Source of the DNA: Myxococcota bacterium
GTDB lineage: Bacteria > Myxococcota_A > UBA9042 > PHBI01 > JAWLBL01
Direction of reading: 5' to 3'
Length of the DNA stretch: 64,000 nucleotides
NCBI GenBank assembly: GCA_041687695.1
Contig: JAWLBL010000021.1
Location: forward strand, 1-64,000
Shown: piece by piece, positions 36,519 through 47,015 of the stretch
Layout: each line of letters opens with the position of its first letter
Position numbering within the stretch: position 1 is the first letter of the stretch
Translations under genes and position numbers: made by a program
The notes under the pieces: generated by a model
What the model was told of the DNA's origin: nothing
The model's input: the letters and a program-made list of their open reading frames with translations, nothing else
Databases searched by the model: none

Positions 36519-37975
36519 GTTCTGGCCCCCTTCGAGGGGACCGTGTCCTCGGCCGGAGTCGCCGGGTCGACGATTTCGAAGCCCCGGTGGGTCAACCTGA
36601 ACTCGCGCAGGCGGTCGTCGTGGCCGGTGTCGCGCATCTTGAGGACGCAGACCTGGCGGCACAGGTGGCCCTGCCGTTCGTCGTACCTCAGGATGACTAT
36701 GTTCTCGGCCACCGCGGTCAGGGCGTTGGCCTCTATGGCGAACGGGTCGTCGCCGTGGCGCTCGGGCTCCTGGGTGAGCAGGGCCGTGACGCCGGCGACG
36801 CGCAGGTACCCGGCGAGGGCGCCGAGGATCTTCGGAGCGCGCTCGGGCATCACGACGCTCCGCGCCAGGGCCTCGATCCCGTCGATGACGAGGCGTTTGG
36901 CGCCCAGACGCTCGACGAGCGCGAGCACCTCCTCGGCGAACTGGTCGGCGATGAGCTCGAGCGAAGGTCGCCACATGAAGGCCAGCTCGCCCTCGGCCAC
37001 CGCGTCGACCAGGTGGTCACCGGCCGTCGAGGCCTTGCCCAGCAGGCGGCTCGGCGCCTCGTAGAAGCCGACGAACACCCCGCGCTCGCCCTTGGCGATC
37101 CCCTCGGCCAGAAACCGCAGCCCCAGCGACGTCTTGCCGCTGCCGCTGGCCCCGAGCAGCAGGGTCGTCGACTTGACGGCGACGCCGCCGCCCAGCATCT
37201 GGTCGAAGCCCGCGATGCCGAAGCCGGCCACCTCGGGGCCCGCGTCGCCCGGCACGAGCGGCTGCTCGGTCAGGACGGCCTCGAAGCGGGGGTGGATCTC
37301 GATGCCGCGTTGCGTGATCTCGAAGAAGTGGCCGCCCGACATGAAGTCGCTGCCGCGGAACTTGGAGATCTCGACCTCGCGCACGGCGCGCAGGCCGTCG
37401 CGCCGCGTGGACAGCCGCAGGATGCCGTCCACCATGGTCTGCGCCGGGTAGTGGGTGCCGGGCGCCGGCGTGCTGGTCAGCATCAGGACCGTGCAGCCGA
37501 CCAGCTCGACGTGCGCCTTGAGCTCGTGGATGAACTTCTTGAGCAGCAGCTCGCTGTCGGCGACCGACCCGGCGGTGACGATGCCGTCGATGACCAGCAT
37601 GGTCGCCCGGTGCTCGATGATGGTGCGCCGCACCATGGTGAGCAGCCCGGTCAGGTTCTTCTGCTCGAGCGCCTGGTAGCCGCTGACGTAGACCAGCCCA
37701 TCGCCGATGATGTCGCGCCGGAAGAAGTCGAACGACTGCACGTGGGACAGCATGCGCGCGTGCGACTCGCTGAGCAGGGTCAGGTAGACCGCGCGCCCGC
37801 CGCCGCTGACGTGGTGGTGGACGATGTGGTTGCTGAGGACCGTCTTGCCCGCGCCCGGGCTGCCGAGGACCAGGTAGATCCCCGCGCGGAGCAGCCCGCC
37901 GTGCGTGAGTCGATCGAGGCCAGGCACTCCGGTGATGACTCGCTCGAGGGGAGCGGGGATGAATTGGTCGTTCAT
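36515..37975 (-). CDS. KaiC-like/RAD55 double-domain RecA-family ATPase
   Basis: Two domains: TGVPGLD, GSPGAGKT, VIDG, KFRGS; and GIAGFD, GASGSGKT, VIDG, KMRD. Confidence 0.93.
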   Translation of the reverse strand: MNDQFIPAPLERVITGVPGLDRLTHGGLLRAGIYLVLGSPGAGKTVLSNHIVHHHVSGGGRAVYLTLLSESHARMLSHVQSFDFFRRDIIGDGLVYVSGYQALEQKNLTGLLTMVRRTIIEHRATMLVIDGIVTAGSVADSELLLKKFIHELKAHVELVGCTVLMLTSTPAPGTHYPAQTMVDGILRLSTRRDGLRAVREVEISKFRGSDFMSGGHFFEITQRGIEIHPRFEAVLTEQPLVPGDAGPEVAGFGIAGFDQMLGGGVAVKSTTLLLGASGSGKTSLGLRFLAEGIAKGERGVFVGFYEAPSRLLGKASTAGDHLVDAVAEGELAFMWRPSLELIADQFAEEVLALVERLGAKRLVIDGIEALARSVVMPERAPKILGALAGYLRVAGVTALLTQEPERHGDDPFAIEANALTAVAENIVILRYDERQGHLCRQVCVLKMRDTGHDDRLREFRLTHRGFEIVDPATPAEDTVPSKGART

Positions 37976-38044
37976 GGGCCCTCTTCTCGGGTACTTACGA
38001 AGGGATGCGGCGACCGAGGGCGACGGTCCGGCGTCGAGGCGCGG

Positions 38045-39754
38045 CTACTGTGCCGGCGGTGCGGGGGCGGCGCGAGGTTCCGGTTGTCCCGCTGCGCCCG
38101 ATGGGGTGGGCGGCGGGTCGATGGCCATGGCCGGAGCGTCGGTCGACCCGGTGGGATCTTCGGCCGACTCGCCGGCCTGGTCGTCCGAAGCGTCGGCCGA
38201 CTCGCCGGCCTGGTCGTCCGGGGCGTCGGCCGGCTCGCCGGCGCCCGGGGGCTCGTCGGACCCGTCGTCGTCCGAGGCTTCGTCCGACTCGTCGTCCGAC
38301 TCGTCGTCGTCGAGGTACTGGTCGAGGTCGTCCTCGAAGGTGAAGTCGTCGTCGAGGCCCTCGTCGGCGGGGGCTCCGGGGGTGGCGCCGGGTGTGGCGC
38401 CGGCCGGTCCGCCGGGGGTGGCGGCGGCGCCCGAGGAGGCGGCCGTGGGATCGGCGCCCAGCTGGCCGGGCAGCCAGGTCGACAGCGGCTCGACGTAGGT
38501 CAGGATGGCCAGGGCGACCACCAGCAGGCCCATGAAGGGCAGGACCGAGCGGGCGACCTGCAGGATGGGGCGGCCGAAGTGCAGGCTGGAGATGAACAGG
38601 TTCATCCCGACCGGCGGGGTCAGGTAGCCGACCTCGAGGTTGGCCAGGAAGACGACGCCCAGGTGCAGCGGGTGGATGCCGTAGGCCTCGGCGAGCGGGA
38701 TGACCAGCGGCAGGACGGCCACCAGCGCCGAGAAGATGTCCATCAGGCAGCCGACGACCAGCAGGAAGACATTGAGGGCGAGCAGCATCCCCCACTTGGT
38801 CTCGATGTGGGTCTTGAGGAAGGCGAGGATGCGCTGGGGGATCTCTTGATCGATGAGGAAGTTGTTGAGCCCCAGGATGATGGCCAGGATGACCACGATG
38901 GCGCCGACCAGGGCCATGGCGCTGGCGATGACGCGAGGGATGTCACGCGTGACGTGCAGGTCGCGGTGGACGAAGGCCGTGACGACGAAGACGTAGCCGA
39001 CCGTGACGGTGGCGATGTCGAGCAGGCCGATGGTGCCGGTGGACAGGAGCAGGAGGATCCAGACCGGCAGGGTGACCTCGAAGAAGGCGCCGCGCAGGGC
39101 CAGGGCGACCTCGCGGGCCGAGGTCTTGTGGCGCGGGATCTTCAGGCGCACGCCGGTGTGCATGGCGTACAGGGCCAGCAGGCCGACCATCAGCAGGCCG
39201 GGGATGAGGCCGGCGAGGAAGAGGGCCTCGGGCGTGATGGAGGTGGCGCCGCCGGTCGAGAGCGACACGACGGTGGCGTAGAGGAAGACCGGCAGCGAGG
39301 GGAAGAAGAGCAGGCCGATGGAGCCGGAGGCGGTGATGACGCCCAGGCTGAAGCGCTCGCTGTAGCCGCGGGCGAGCAGGAGCGGCCAGAGCATGCCGCC
39401 GAGGGCGATGATGGTGACGCCCGAGGCGCCGGTGAAGGTGGTGAAGAAGGCGAGGGTGGCGACGGCGACGATGGCGAGGCCGCCGGGGAGCCAGCCCATC
39501 AGGGCGTCGGCGACGCGGACGAGGCGGCGGGGGGCCTGGCTCTCGGCGAGCAGGAAGCCGGCGAGGGTGAAGAGCGGGATGGGGAGCAGGTAGGGCTTCT
39601 CCATCAGCTCGGCCATCACGACGAAGTTGCTGGCGAGATCGATGGGCGGCGAGGCGGCGGCGTAGAGCAGGGCCGCGACCAGGAAGAGGACCACGAAGAG
39701 CGGGGCGCCCAGCAGGGCGAGCGCGCCGGCGAGCGAGAGGCCGAAGGCGGTCAC
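38045..39754 (-). CDS. dctM: TRAP transporter large permease with a long acidic C-terminal tail
   Basis: IPLFTLAG, TGASGVTI, SGSIGLLFFPS and GYLTPPVGMNLF; GTGA coupling. Confidence 0.93.
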   Translation of the reverse strand: MTAFGLSLAGALALLGAPLFVVLFLVAALLYAAASPPIDLASNFVVMAELMEKPYLLPIPLFTLAGFLLAESQAPRRLVRVADALMGWLPGGLAIVAVATLAFFTTFTGASGVTIIALGGMLWPLLLARGYSERFSLGVITASGSIGLLFFPSLPVFLYATVVSLSTGGATSITPEALFLAGLIPGLLMVGLLALYAMHTGVRLKIPRHKTSAREVALALRGAFFEVTLPVWILLLLSTGTIGLLDIATVTVGYVFVVTAFVHRDLHVTRDIPRVIASAMALVGAIVVILAIILGLNNFLIDQEIPQRILAFLKTHIETKWGMLLALNVFLLVVGCLMDIFSALVAVLPLVIPLAEAYGIHPLHLGVVFLANLEVGYLTPPVGMNLFISSLHFGRPILQVARSVLPFMGLLVVALAILTYVEPLSTWLPGQLGADPTAASSGAAATPGGPAGATPGATPGAPADEGLDDDFTFEDDLDQYLDDDESDDESDEASDDDGSDEPPGAGEPADAPDDQAGESADASDDQAGESAEDPTGSTDAPAMAIDPPPTPSGAAGQPEPRAAPAPPAQ

Positions 39755-40386
39755 GCGGCCTCCGCGGGGGCGGGGTCGGAGGTCGGGGCGGGGGCCGGGC
39801 GGGTGCCGGTCAGGCCGAGGCGCTCGGGGTGGTGGCCCGCGAGGCGGACGGCGCCGCCGACCAGGAAGTGCAGGGCCATCCAGGCGAAGCACAGGCCGGT
39901 GGGCCAGCGCCAGCCGCGCAGCGACCACAGGGCGCTGTCGGCGCCGGGGATGAAGGTGGCGTCCTCGGGGACGAACTGGGCGACGTAACGCCAGGCCTCG
40001 CGGGCGAGGTAGAGGGTGACGGCGGCCGAGACGAGCATCAGGACGCCCTCGACGCGCAGGCGGACGCGCGCGGGCAGGCGCGGGGTGACGATGTCGATGG
40101 CGATGTGGCTGGCGCGGCGCGTGGCGAGGATGGCGCCGAACAGGCACAGGTAGAAGGTCAGGCCGAAGACGGCGGTCTGCAGGGTGCTGGCGTCGGTCAG
40201 GGTGACGCCCAGGTTGCGGCCGGCGGTCAACAACAGGCCGCCGACGACGACCGCCAGGACCAGCAGGGTCACGACGAGGCGCTCCAAGCGCTCGAGGTAG
40301 ACGCCGTAGACGAGGGCGGGCACGCGCCAGCGGCCGGTCACGGTGACCTCGGCGGCGGCGGGCCCGGCGGCGGCGGGGGCGCTCAC
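39751..40386 (-). CDS. dctQ: TRAP transporter small permease
   Basis: Four TM segments with a GA.LA.R...HI.ID motif, located between dctP and dctM. Confidence 0.88.
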   Translation of the reverse strand: MSAPAAAGPAAAEVTVTGRWRVPALVYGVYLERLERLVVTLLVLAVVVGGLLLTAGRNLGVTLTDASTLQTAVFGLTFYLCLFGAILATRRASHIAIDIVTPRLPARVRLRVEGVLMLVSAAVTLYLAREAWRYVAQFVPEDATFIPGADSALWSLRGWRWPTGLCFAWMALHFLVGGAVRLAGHHPERLGLTGTRPAPAPTSDPAPAEAA

Positions 40387-41390
40387 TTGCCGGCGATGCT
40401 GCGGACCTTGGCCAGCAGCTCCTGCGGGTAGACCGAGCCGACCAGGGCGTTCTGGACCTTGGTCGCGATGCCGGCCCAGGCGCCGACCTCGGCCGCGGAC
40501 AGCGACACGTCCATGATGCCCTTGGCGTCGGCGAGGACCTTGACCGCCTTGTCGTTGTCGACGCGCACCTTCTTGACCAGCGCGCGGCTCCACTTGCCCC
40601 AGACCTCGCGCACGACGGCCTGGTGCTCGGCCGAGAGGCCGTCGAAGGCCTTCTTCTCCATGACGACGGCGCCGATGCCGATGGCGACCGGGTAGTTGGT
40701 GCGGGTCTTGACGTGGTCGCACCACTGCAGCTGCAGGCAGGCCAGGGGCGAGGTGTAGAAGGTGTTGATGTGGCCGGTGTTGAGGCTGGGCAGGACGTCG
40801 GGCACGCCGAGCGGGACCGGGGTGATGCCGGCGGCCTTGGTGACCTCGCGGGCGATGGGGTCGGCGTTCCAGGCCCACATCTTCACCTTGGACAGATCGC
40901 TGGGGGCTTTGACCGGGATGTGCGAGTAGAAGTAGACGACGCCCACGTCGCCCCAGCCGAGCAGCTCGAAGCCCTTGGCGCGCATCGCCTCCTCGAAGCG
41001 CTCCTTGAGCTGGTCGCGCACCTTGTCGAGGGTCTTGTAGTCGGTGATGAGGCCGGGGGCCTGCAGGACCAGCACCTCGGGGGCGATCTCGGCCAGCCCC
41101 ACGGCGGTGACGGCGGCGATGTGCAGCTGCCCGGTGCGCATCTTCTCGACGACGACCTTCTCGTCGCCCTGGCTGCCGCCGGCGTAGAGCTTGGTCTCGA
41201 TGGCGCCGCCGGTCTTTTCGGCGACCTCCTTCATGGCGCGCTTGAAGAACTGGCCCCAGGTGGAGTTGCCGGGGGCGAGGCTGGCCATCTTGAGGGTGGT
41301 CTGGGCGGCGGCGGGGGCGGCGGTCGCCAGCAGGAGGGCGAGAGCCAGGGCGAGGCGAGCGGCAGAGCGGGTCATCGTCATGGGGGTCAT
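40383..41390 (-). CDS. dctP: TRAP substrate-binding protein (TatP-type DctP)
   Basis: Signal peptide, LKMASLAPGNSTW, GGSQGDE and DVLPSLNTG.I. Confidence 0.92.
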   Translation of the reverse strand: MTPMTMTRSAARLALALALLLATAAPAAAQTTLKMASLAPGNSTWGQFFKRAMKEVAEKTGGAIETKLYAGGSQGDEKVVVEKMRTGQLHIAAVTAVGLAEIAPEVLVLQAPGLITDYKTLDKVRDQLKERFEEAMRAKGFELLGWGDVGVVYFYSHIPVKAPSDLSKVKMWAWNADPIAREVTKAAGITPVPLGVPDVLPSLNTGHINTFYTSPLACLQLQWCDHVKTRTNYPVAIGIGAVVMEKKAFDGLSAEHQAVVREVWGKWSRALVKKVRVDNDKAVKVLADAKGIMDVSLSAAEVGAWAGIATKVQNALVGSVYPQELLAKVRSIAGK

Positions 41391-41428
41391 GGGGGAACCT
41401 CTGGGGCGCGTGGGTCGGGGGGGGGCGG

Positions 41429-42355
41429 TCAGAACAGCTCGTCGGCGCGGGTGAGCCAGTAGGCGGCCCACTGCTGCGCGAGGACGTTGGTCAGGCGGCG
41501 GCGCGGCAGGGCGTCGGGGTCGGCCTCGACCACCTCGGTCAGGGCCTGCTCGAAGCAGGCGCGATCGAGGGTGGCCGTGCAGTAGTAGCGGCCGTAGAGG
41601 AAGCGCGGCAGCAGGTAGGCGCCCTCGGTGGCGGCGATGGCGGTCTGGAAGGCCGAGCGCGAAGCGTCCATGTCGCCGCCGAGGCCGGCGCCGAGCACGG
41701 CGTTGGACATGCCGGCGAAGATGGAGGGCATGCCGTCCTCGTGGGCGGGGCGGGACTTGCCGACGCGGGCCATCAGCTGCTGGACGGTGCGCAGGCCGGC
41801 GACGGCGGCGAGATCGTCGGGGTCGCTGTTGATGAGCAGGCCGCGGGTGTGGCCGGCCCAGAACAGGGCGTCGAGCTCGTCCGCGTCGAAGTCGTCGGCG
41901 AGCGCGCGATCGAGGGCGGGGCCGCCCTTGGCGAGGCGCGGCGCCACGTCGGGCAGGCGCAGGGCGACGAGGCGGTCGGCGTAGGCGACGGCGCGCTGGT
42001 AGTAGTCCTTGATGCGGGCGCGCAGGATCTGCAGCGCCGGGTCGTCGGGGTCGTCGTAGCGCCAGGCGCGCGGCTCGAGGAAGCCGTAGGCGTACGACGA
42101 GAAGGCCTCGGTGGTCAGGCGCAGCAGGCGCTCGTTGTCGGGCTCGACGCGGAGCAGGCCCTCGAAGAGCTTGAGGTTCGCGAGCAGGGCCGCGTCGGCC
42201 AGGACGGGGTCGCGCTCCTCGGCGAGCGACGGCGCCGCCTGGTACATCACGTCGACCGTGGAGCTGGCGGCCATGCGGGTCATGCTGCAGCCCACGGCGG
42301 GGGTCAGCAGGCCGAGGACGCCGAGCAGGGACAGGAGGGCCGGGGAGTTGCGCAC
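41429..42355 (-). CDS. tatT: TatT component of a TPAT-type TRAP transporter (helical lipoprotein)
   Basis: Lipobox AVGC, E.DP.LA..A....LK..EGLL..EP.N, DRACFEQ.L..V and C-terminal DELF; first gene of the TRAP operon. Confidence 0.85.
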   Translation of the reverse strand: MRNSPALLSLLGVLGLLTPAVGCSMTRMAASSTVDVMYQAAPSLAEERDPVLADAALLANLKLFEGLLRVEPDNERLLRLTTEAFSSYAYGFLEPRAWRYDDPDDPALQILRARIKDYYQRAVAYADRLVALRLPDVAPRLAKGGPALDRALADDFDADELDALFWAGHTRGLLINSDPDDLAAVAGLRTVQQLMARVGKSRPAHEDGMPSIFAGMSNAVLGAGLGGDMDASRSAFQTAIAATEGAYLLPRFLYGRYYCTATLDRACFEQALTEVVEADPDALPRRRLTNVLAQQWAAYWLTRADELF

Positions 42356-42639
42356 GGGGGCCTCGCTTGGGGGGTGCGTGCGCATTCCAACACCCGCGGG
42401 ACGGCCGGTCAACGGGTGCCGGGGACGCAGGCGTGACCGCCGGACGGAGACTTCGGACAGACAAGGGGCCACTTCGTTGACCGCCCCCGGCGGCTTGTTA
42501 GGTTGGGAGCACCTCGCCCGCCCACGGACGTCACCGGCGACGAGCGCCCCTCCCCACGGCGCCTCTTCGCGGGCCACGGCAGCCCAGGCGGGCCCCACCA
42601 GCGTCGAACGCCAGTCGACCCCTTCGCCGAGGTCGCACG

Positions 42640-42864
42640 ATGAAGTACGAGCGGAGAGCCGCTTGGACGCATCGCGCCAACACGCGCGCGCTGCGGTCCT
42701 ACAGGATGGACGAGGAGGCCCGGGAGGCGCGCGTCGAGCGCCTCGCGGCCCGCGACGAAGAGAAGCTGACCGAGGCGGGCTGGCTCGAGGCCCTGCTCGC
42801 CGCCGACGAGGACGACGAGGACGACGCGCCGCCGGCCCTCAGGGTCGCCCTGCGGCCGGTCTGA
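42640..42864 (+). CDS. Small acidic hypothetical protein
   Basis: GAGG RBS plus ATG, 74 aa, typical codon usage. Confidence 0.5.
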   Translation: MKYERRAAWTHRANTRALRSYRMDEEAREARVERLAARDEEKLTEAGWLEALLAADEDDEDDAPPALRVALRPV

Positions 42865-42903
42865 GCGCGTAGGGCCGAGCTCCCCAGCTGGGCGGCGCGG
42901 AGG

Positions 42904-43938
42904 TCAGTCGTCGGTCTCGCCCTCGGGCACACCCTTCATGACCCGCGCCAGCTCGACGCGGTTGCCGATGTCGAGCCGCCGATAGATCTCGCGCACGTAG
43001 GTCCGCACCGTCTCGATCCCCAGCCCGAGCGCCTCGGCGATCTCGCGGTTGGTCGCGCCCACGGCCGCGTACCGGGCGACCTCTCGTTGCCGCGCCGTCA
43101 GCCGCCGGTCGGGCGCCACGGTGAGCGGCCCCGAGGGGCGGATCTGCGCCAGGTAGCGCATCGCGTCCGCCCCGTCGAGGCGCACCACCTGGATCTCGGC
43201 CGGACCCACCAGCACCGACGTCGGCGCGTCCGGCCTGGCGTCCAGCGCCCGCACCACGTGGGCCAGCCGCTCGGCCAGCCCCGGCTCGTCGAGCCACGCC
43301 TGCCCGCGCCGCGAGGCCGAATCGACGGCGCCGTCCGGCCGCAGCAGCACCTCGCCGGCCTCCTCGGGGGCTGCGCCGCGCTCCATGCGGTCGGCCACGG
43401 CCAGGGCGCGCGCCACCGGCGCGACCAACGGCTCGAGCGTCTGGCGATCGGCGGCCGTGAAGGCCGGCGCTCCGGCGCCGCGGACCAGGCCGATCCACCC
43501 CACGAAGCGCTCGTCGTCGTAGGCGAGCAGCCGGATCTGGTGCGTGATGCCGGCCGGCGCGAGGCACTGCCGGAACAGCGGCGTCTGCTCGAGCACCTCG
43601 CGCGGCGCGAGGGCCGTGTCCTCGAGGAAGCTCTGGGTCTCGCGGCGTCGAGGGCGGCGGAAGTCGCGGACGCTGGGGGGCATCGCCAAGGCGTCTTCGT
43701 GCTGCCGAATGAGCGCCGAGGCGCGGAGGAAGGCATCGGAGCCCACCGAGCAGGCGTTGGCCAGCCGCAGCGCGCCACCGGCCTCGGCGACGGAGTAGAA
43801 GCCGGCGGCGTCGGCCTCGAGCACGCGCTGGAGCGCCCGCAGCGCCTGCAGCCGCACGGCCAGCGGGTCGCGCCCGTCGAGCGTGGTCAACCCGCGCGCT
43901 GCCGCACGGACCGAATCCTCGGCCTCGTCCTTCGCCAA
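42904..43938 (-). CDS. LuxR-family HTH regulator with an N-terminal GAF-like region
   Basis: LTARQREVA...G.TNREIA..LG....TV..Y...IY.RL....R.EL. Confidence 0.9.
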   Translation of the reverse strand: MAKDEAEDSVRAAARGLTTLDGRDPLAVRLQALRALQRVLEADAAGFYSVAEAGGALRLANACSVGSDAFLRASALIRQHEDALAMPPSVRDFRRPRRRETQSFLEDTALAPREVLEQTPLFRQCLAPAGITHQIRLLAYDDERFVGWIGLVRGAGAPAFTAADRQTLEPLVAPVARALAVADRMERGAAPEEAGEVLLRPDGAVDSASRRGQAWLDEPGLAERLAHVVRALDARPDAPTSVLVGPAEIQVVRLDGADAMRYLAQIRPSGPLTVAPDRRLTARQREVARYAAVGATNREIAEALGLGIETVRTYVREIYRRLDIGNRVELARVMKGVPEGETDD

Positions 43939-44021
43939 GTCCGCCCCCCCTCTCGACTGTCGTCGGGCGCGTCGAAGTCGGCCCGACCAAAGGACAATCT
44001 AACTCGGACCCGCCGGCTTGA

Positions 44022-45689
44022 CTATGGCAGCGGGGACACCGGCGCCGCCGGGCGGTAATCGCCGAGCTCGCGCGCGTAGGCGTCGGCGGCCAGGCGCCCC
44101 AGGTCGGCCGCCGACAGGACGGCGAGGGCCCCGGCGACGGCGTTGAGGTGGTCGCGGGCGGCCCGGTCGTCGGCGTCCGCGTCGAGGAGCCCGAGGCCGC
44201 GGCCGAGGCTGGCGAACAGGGCGAGGGCGGCGGCGTGCTCGTCGGTGCCCTCGAACCAGGGCGAGGCGGCGAAGGACAGGAGCTGCAGCAGGACGAAGCG
44301 GCGCAGGCCGTCGCCCTCGGCGAGCTGCGCGAGGTAGGCGCTGAACTCGGCGTTGGCGCCGCGCATGGTCTGGTAGGCGCGGCGTTCCAGGTCGAGGCGG
44401 GCCTCGAGGCGGGTCAGGTCGAGGTTGCCGACCTCGGCCTGGACGAGGCGGTCGAGGCGGCGCGCGAGGGTCTGGGCGAGGCGGAGGCCGCGGCGGTGGT
44501 CGCGGACGTGGCGGACCTCGTGGTGGCCGATGGAGCGGACGAGGAGCCGGTGGACGGCGCGGGTGCAGGCGTCCGGGTCGACGCCGCACAGGTCCGGGAA
44601 GGCCTGGTCGACCTCGTCGCGCAGGCCTCGCAGCAGCGCCTCGAGGACCGAGTCGGGCACGTCCAGCTCGGTGTAGTGGATGAGGTCGCGGTCGAGGCAG
44701 CGCCGGGCGCCCGCGTGCAGGCAGGCGCCGAGCTCGCCGGCGGTGGCGGCCACGCGGTCGACCAGGACGACGGCCTGCGCGATGCCCGTGGTGCGGTGGC
44801 CCAGCAGGCGCTCGCGCACGTTGAGGTCGTCGATGCGGCGGGCGAGGTGGGCGGGGATGGTGTCGCCGGCGAGGTCGAACTGCATCGGCGCGTCGAGCTC
44901 GTAGGACATGAGGAAGCTGCGCGGGGGCGAGCCGTCGCGGTAACGGGTCTCCATGAGCGTCAGCCACAGGGGCAGGCCGGCCTGGGCGAGGGCGGCGCCG
45001 ACCCGGTCGGCAGCCAGGCCCACCCGCTCGGCGGGCTCGGTCTCGAGGGCGCCGAACAGCTCGCGCAGGCGGGCGCCGACCTCGGTGGGGATGGCGGCCT
45101 CGAAGACCCGCTCGCGGGCGGCGCGGTACGCCTCGTCCAGGGTCCAGGCGTCGCCGCTGCGGCGGCGGGCCGAGTCCAGGGCGACGGCGGCCTTGGGCAG
45201 GTCCCGCGCGAGCACGCGGCGCACGGCGGCGACGTCCTCGCGGGCGGCGGGCGGCACCTCGGCGTCGCCCTGGACCCAGACCTCGATGGGCTCGCTGACC
45301 GCCTCGCGCGGGACCAGGCCGACCGCGTGGACGGTCAGCTCCTTGTAGCCGGTGGCGCCCGGCGGGACCTTGGCCGACAGCCCACGCACCGTGGCGCTGC
45401 CCGGCGCGCGCCAGTCGGCCTCGGTGACCTCGGCGGCGCCGACCACCTGGCCGTCCATCATCAGGACCAGCTCGGCCGGCGGGACCTGCCCGGCGACCAG
45501 CACGTCGACGCGGAACTGCGGCGTGACCAGCGCGCCGGCGCGCGGCGAGGCGATCTCGACGCGGTAGTCGGAGCGGGCGTAGAGCCAGGCGCCGGCGACG
45601 CCGCCGCCGACGAGCAGGAGGGCGAGCACGAGGCCCAGGGCCCAGCCGACCGGGTTGCGTTCGCGCGGAGGGAGGGTGGAGGCAGCCAT
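44022..45689 (-). CDS. Membrane-anchored hypothetical protein with an Ig-like domain and an HExxH motif
   Basis: N-terminal TM, VEIASPRAGA.V, GHHEVRHV and downstream NAEFSAYL. Confidence 0.7.
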   Translation of the reverse strand: MAASTLPPRERNPVGWALGLVLALLLVGGGVAGAWLYARSDYRVEIASPRAGALVTPQFRVDVLVAGQVPPAELVLMMDGQVVGAAEVTEADWRAPGSATVRGLSAKVPPGATGYKELTVHAVGLVPREAVSEPIEVWVQGDAEVPPAAREDVAAVRRVLARDLPKAAVALDSARRRSGDAWTLDEAYRAARERVFEAAIPTEVGARLRELFGALETEPAERVGLAADRVGAALAQAGLPLWLTLMETRYRDGSPPRSFLMSYELDAPMQFDLAGDTIPAHLARRIDDLNVRERLLGHRTTGIAQAVVLVDRVAATAGELGACLHAGARRCLDRDLIHYTELDVPDSVLEALLRGLRDEVDQAFPDLCGVDPDACTRAVHRLLVRSIGHHEVRHVRDHRRGLRLAQTLARRLDRLVQAEVGNLDLTRLEARLDLERRAYQTMRGANAEFSAYLAQLAEGDGLRRFVLLQLLSFAASPWFEGTDEHAAALALFASLGRGLGLLDADADDRAARDHLNAVAGALAVLSAADLGRLAADAYARELGDYRPAAPVSPLP

Positions 45690-45749
45690 GACGCCGGAGG
45701 TTAGCCGCAAGGCGGGGCCGGGCGCCAGCCGGGGCGGGCCTCGGTCGCC

Positions 45750-46571
<822 letters not shown>

Positions 46572-46617
46572 GGCCGCATGGTAGGGCGGGCCGGCGGGGG
46601 GCGCCACGGGCGGGGCG

Positions 46618-47013
46618 TCAGCGCAGCTCGACCAGCACGATGGGGTTGCCGTAGAGGTCCTCGAGGTGCACCCAGACGTCGGTGGCGGTCTCGGTGGGCG
46701 GGGCCTGGAAGCGGACGCCGAGGTCGCGCAGGCGCAGGTAGGTGCCGCGGCAGTCGTAGGTGTTGAGGACGAGCAGCGGCAGGCCGGCGGTCTGGCGGCC
46801 GATGAGGGCGTGCTGCTCGGGGGTGCGGGCGCGCAGGAGCCACAGGCCAGTGCGGGTGTGGGCGGGGCCGACGTGGACGAGGCGGGTGCCGTCGGGGAGG
46901 GTGCCGTCGAAGAGGACGTCGAGGCCGAGGAGGTCGCGGTAGAAGCCGAGGGCCTCGTCCTCGTCGCGGACGATGACGGTGGCGCGGCCGATGTGGCTGA
47001 TGAGGGGCTGCAC
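46618..47013 (-). CDS. VOC family protein
   Basis: VRDEDEALGFYRDLLG and EDLYGN. Confidence 0.88.
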   Translation of the reverse strand: MQPLISHIGRATVIVRDEDEALGFYRDLLGLDVLFDGTLPDGTRLVHVGPAHTRTGLWLLRARTPEQHALIGRQTAGLPLLVLNTYDCRGTYLRLRDLGVRFQAPPTETATDVWVHLEDLYGNPIVLVELR

Positions 47014-47015
47014 GT

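Noticed and set aside
36515..37975. Circadian clock kaiC
   Set aside because: No kaiA or kaiB is present, and the ST phosphosites and EE motifs are not conserved.
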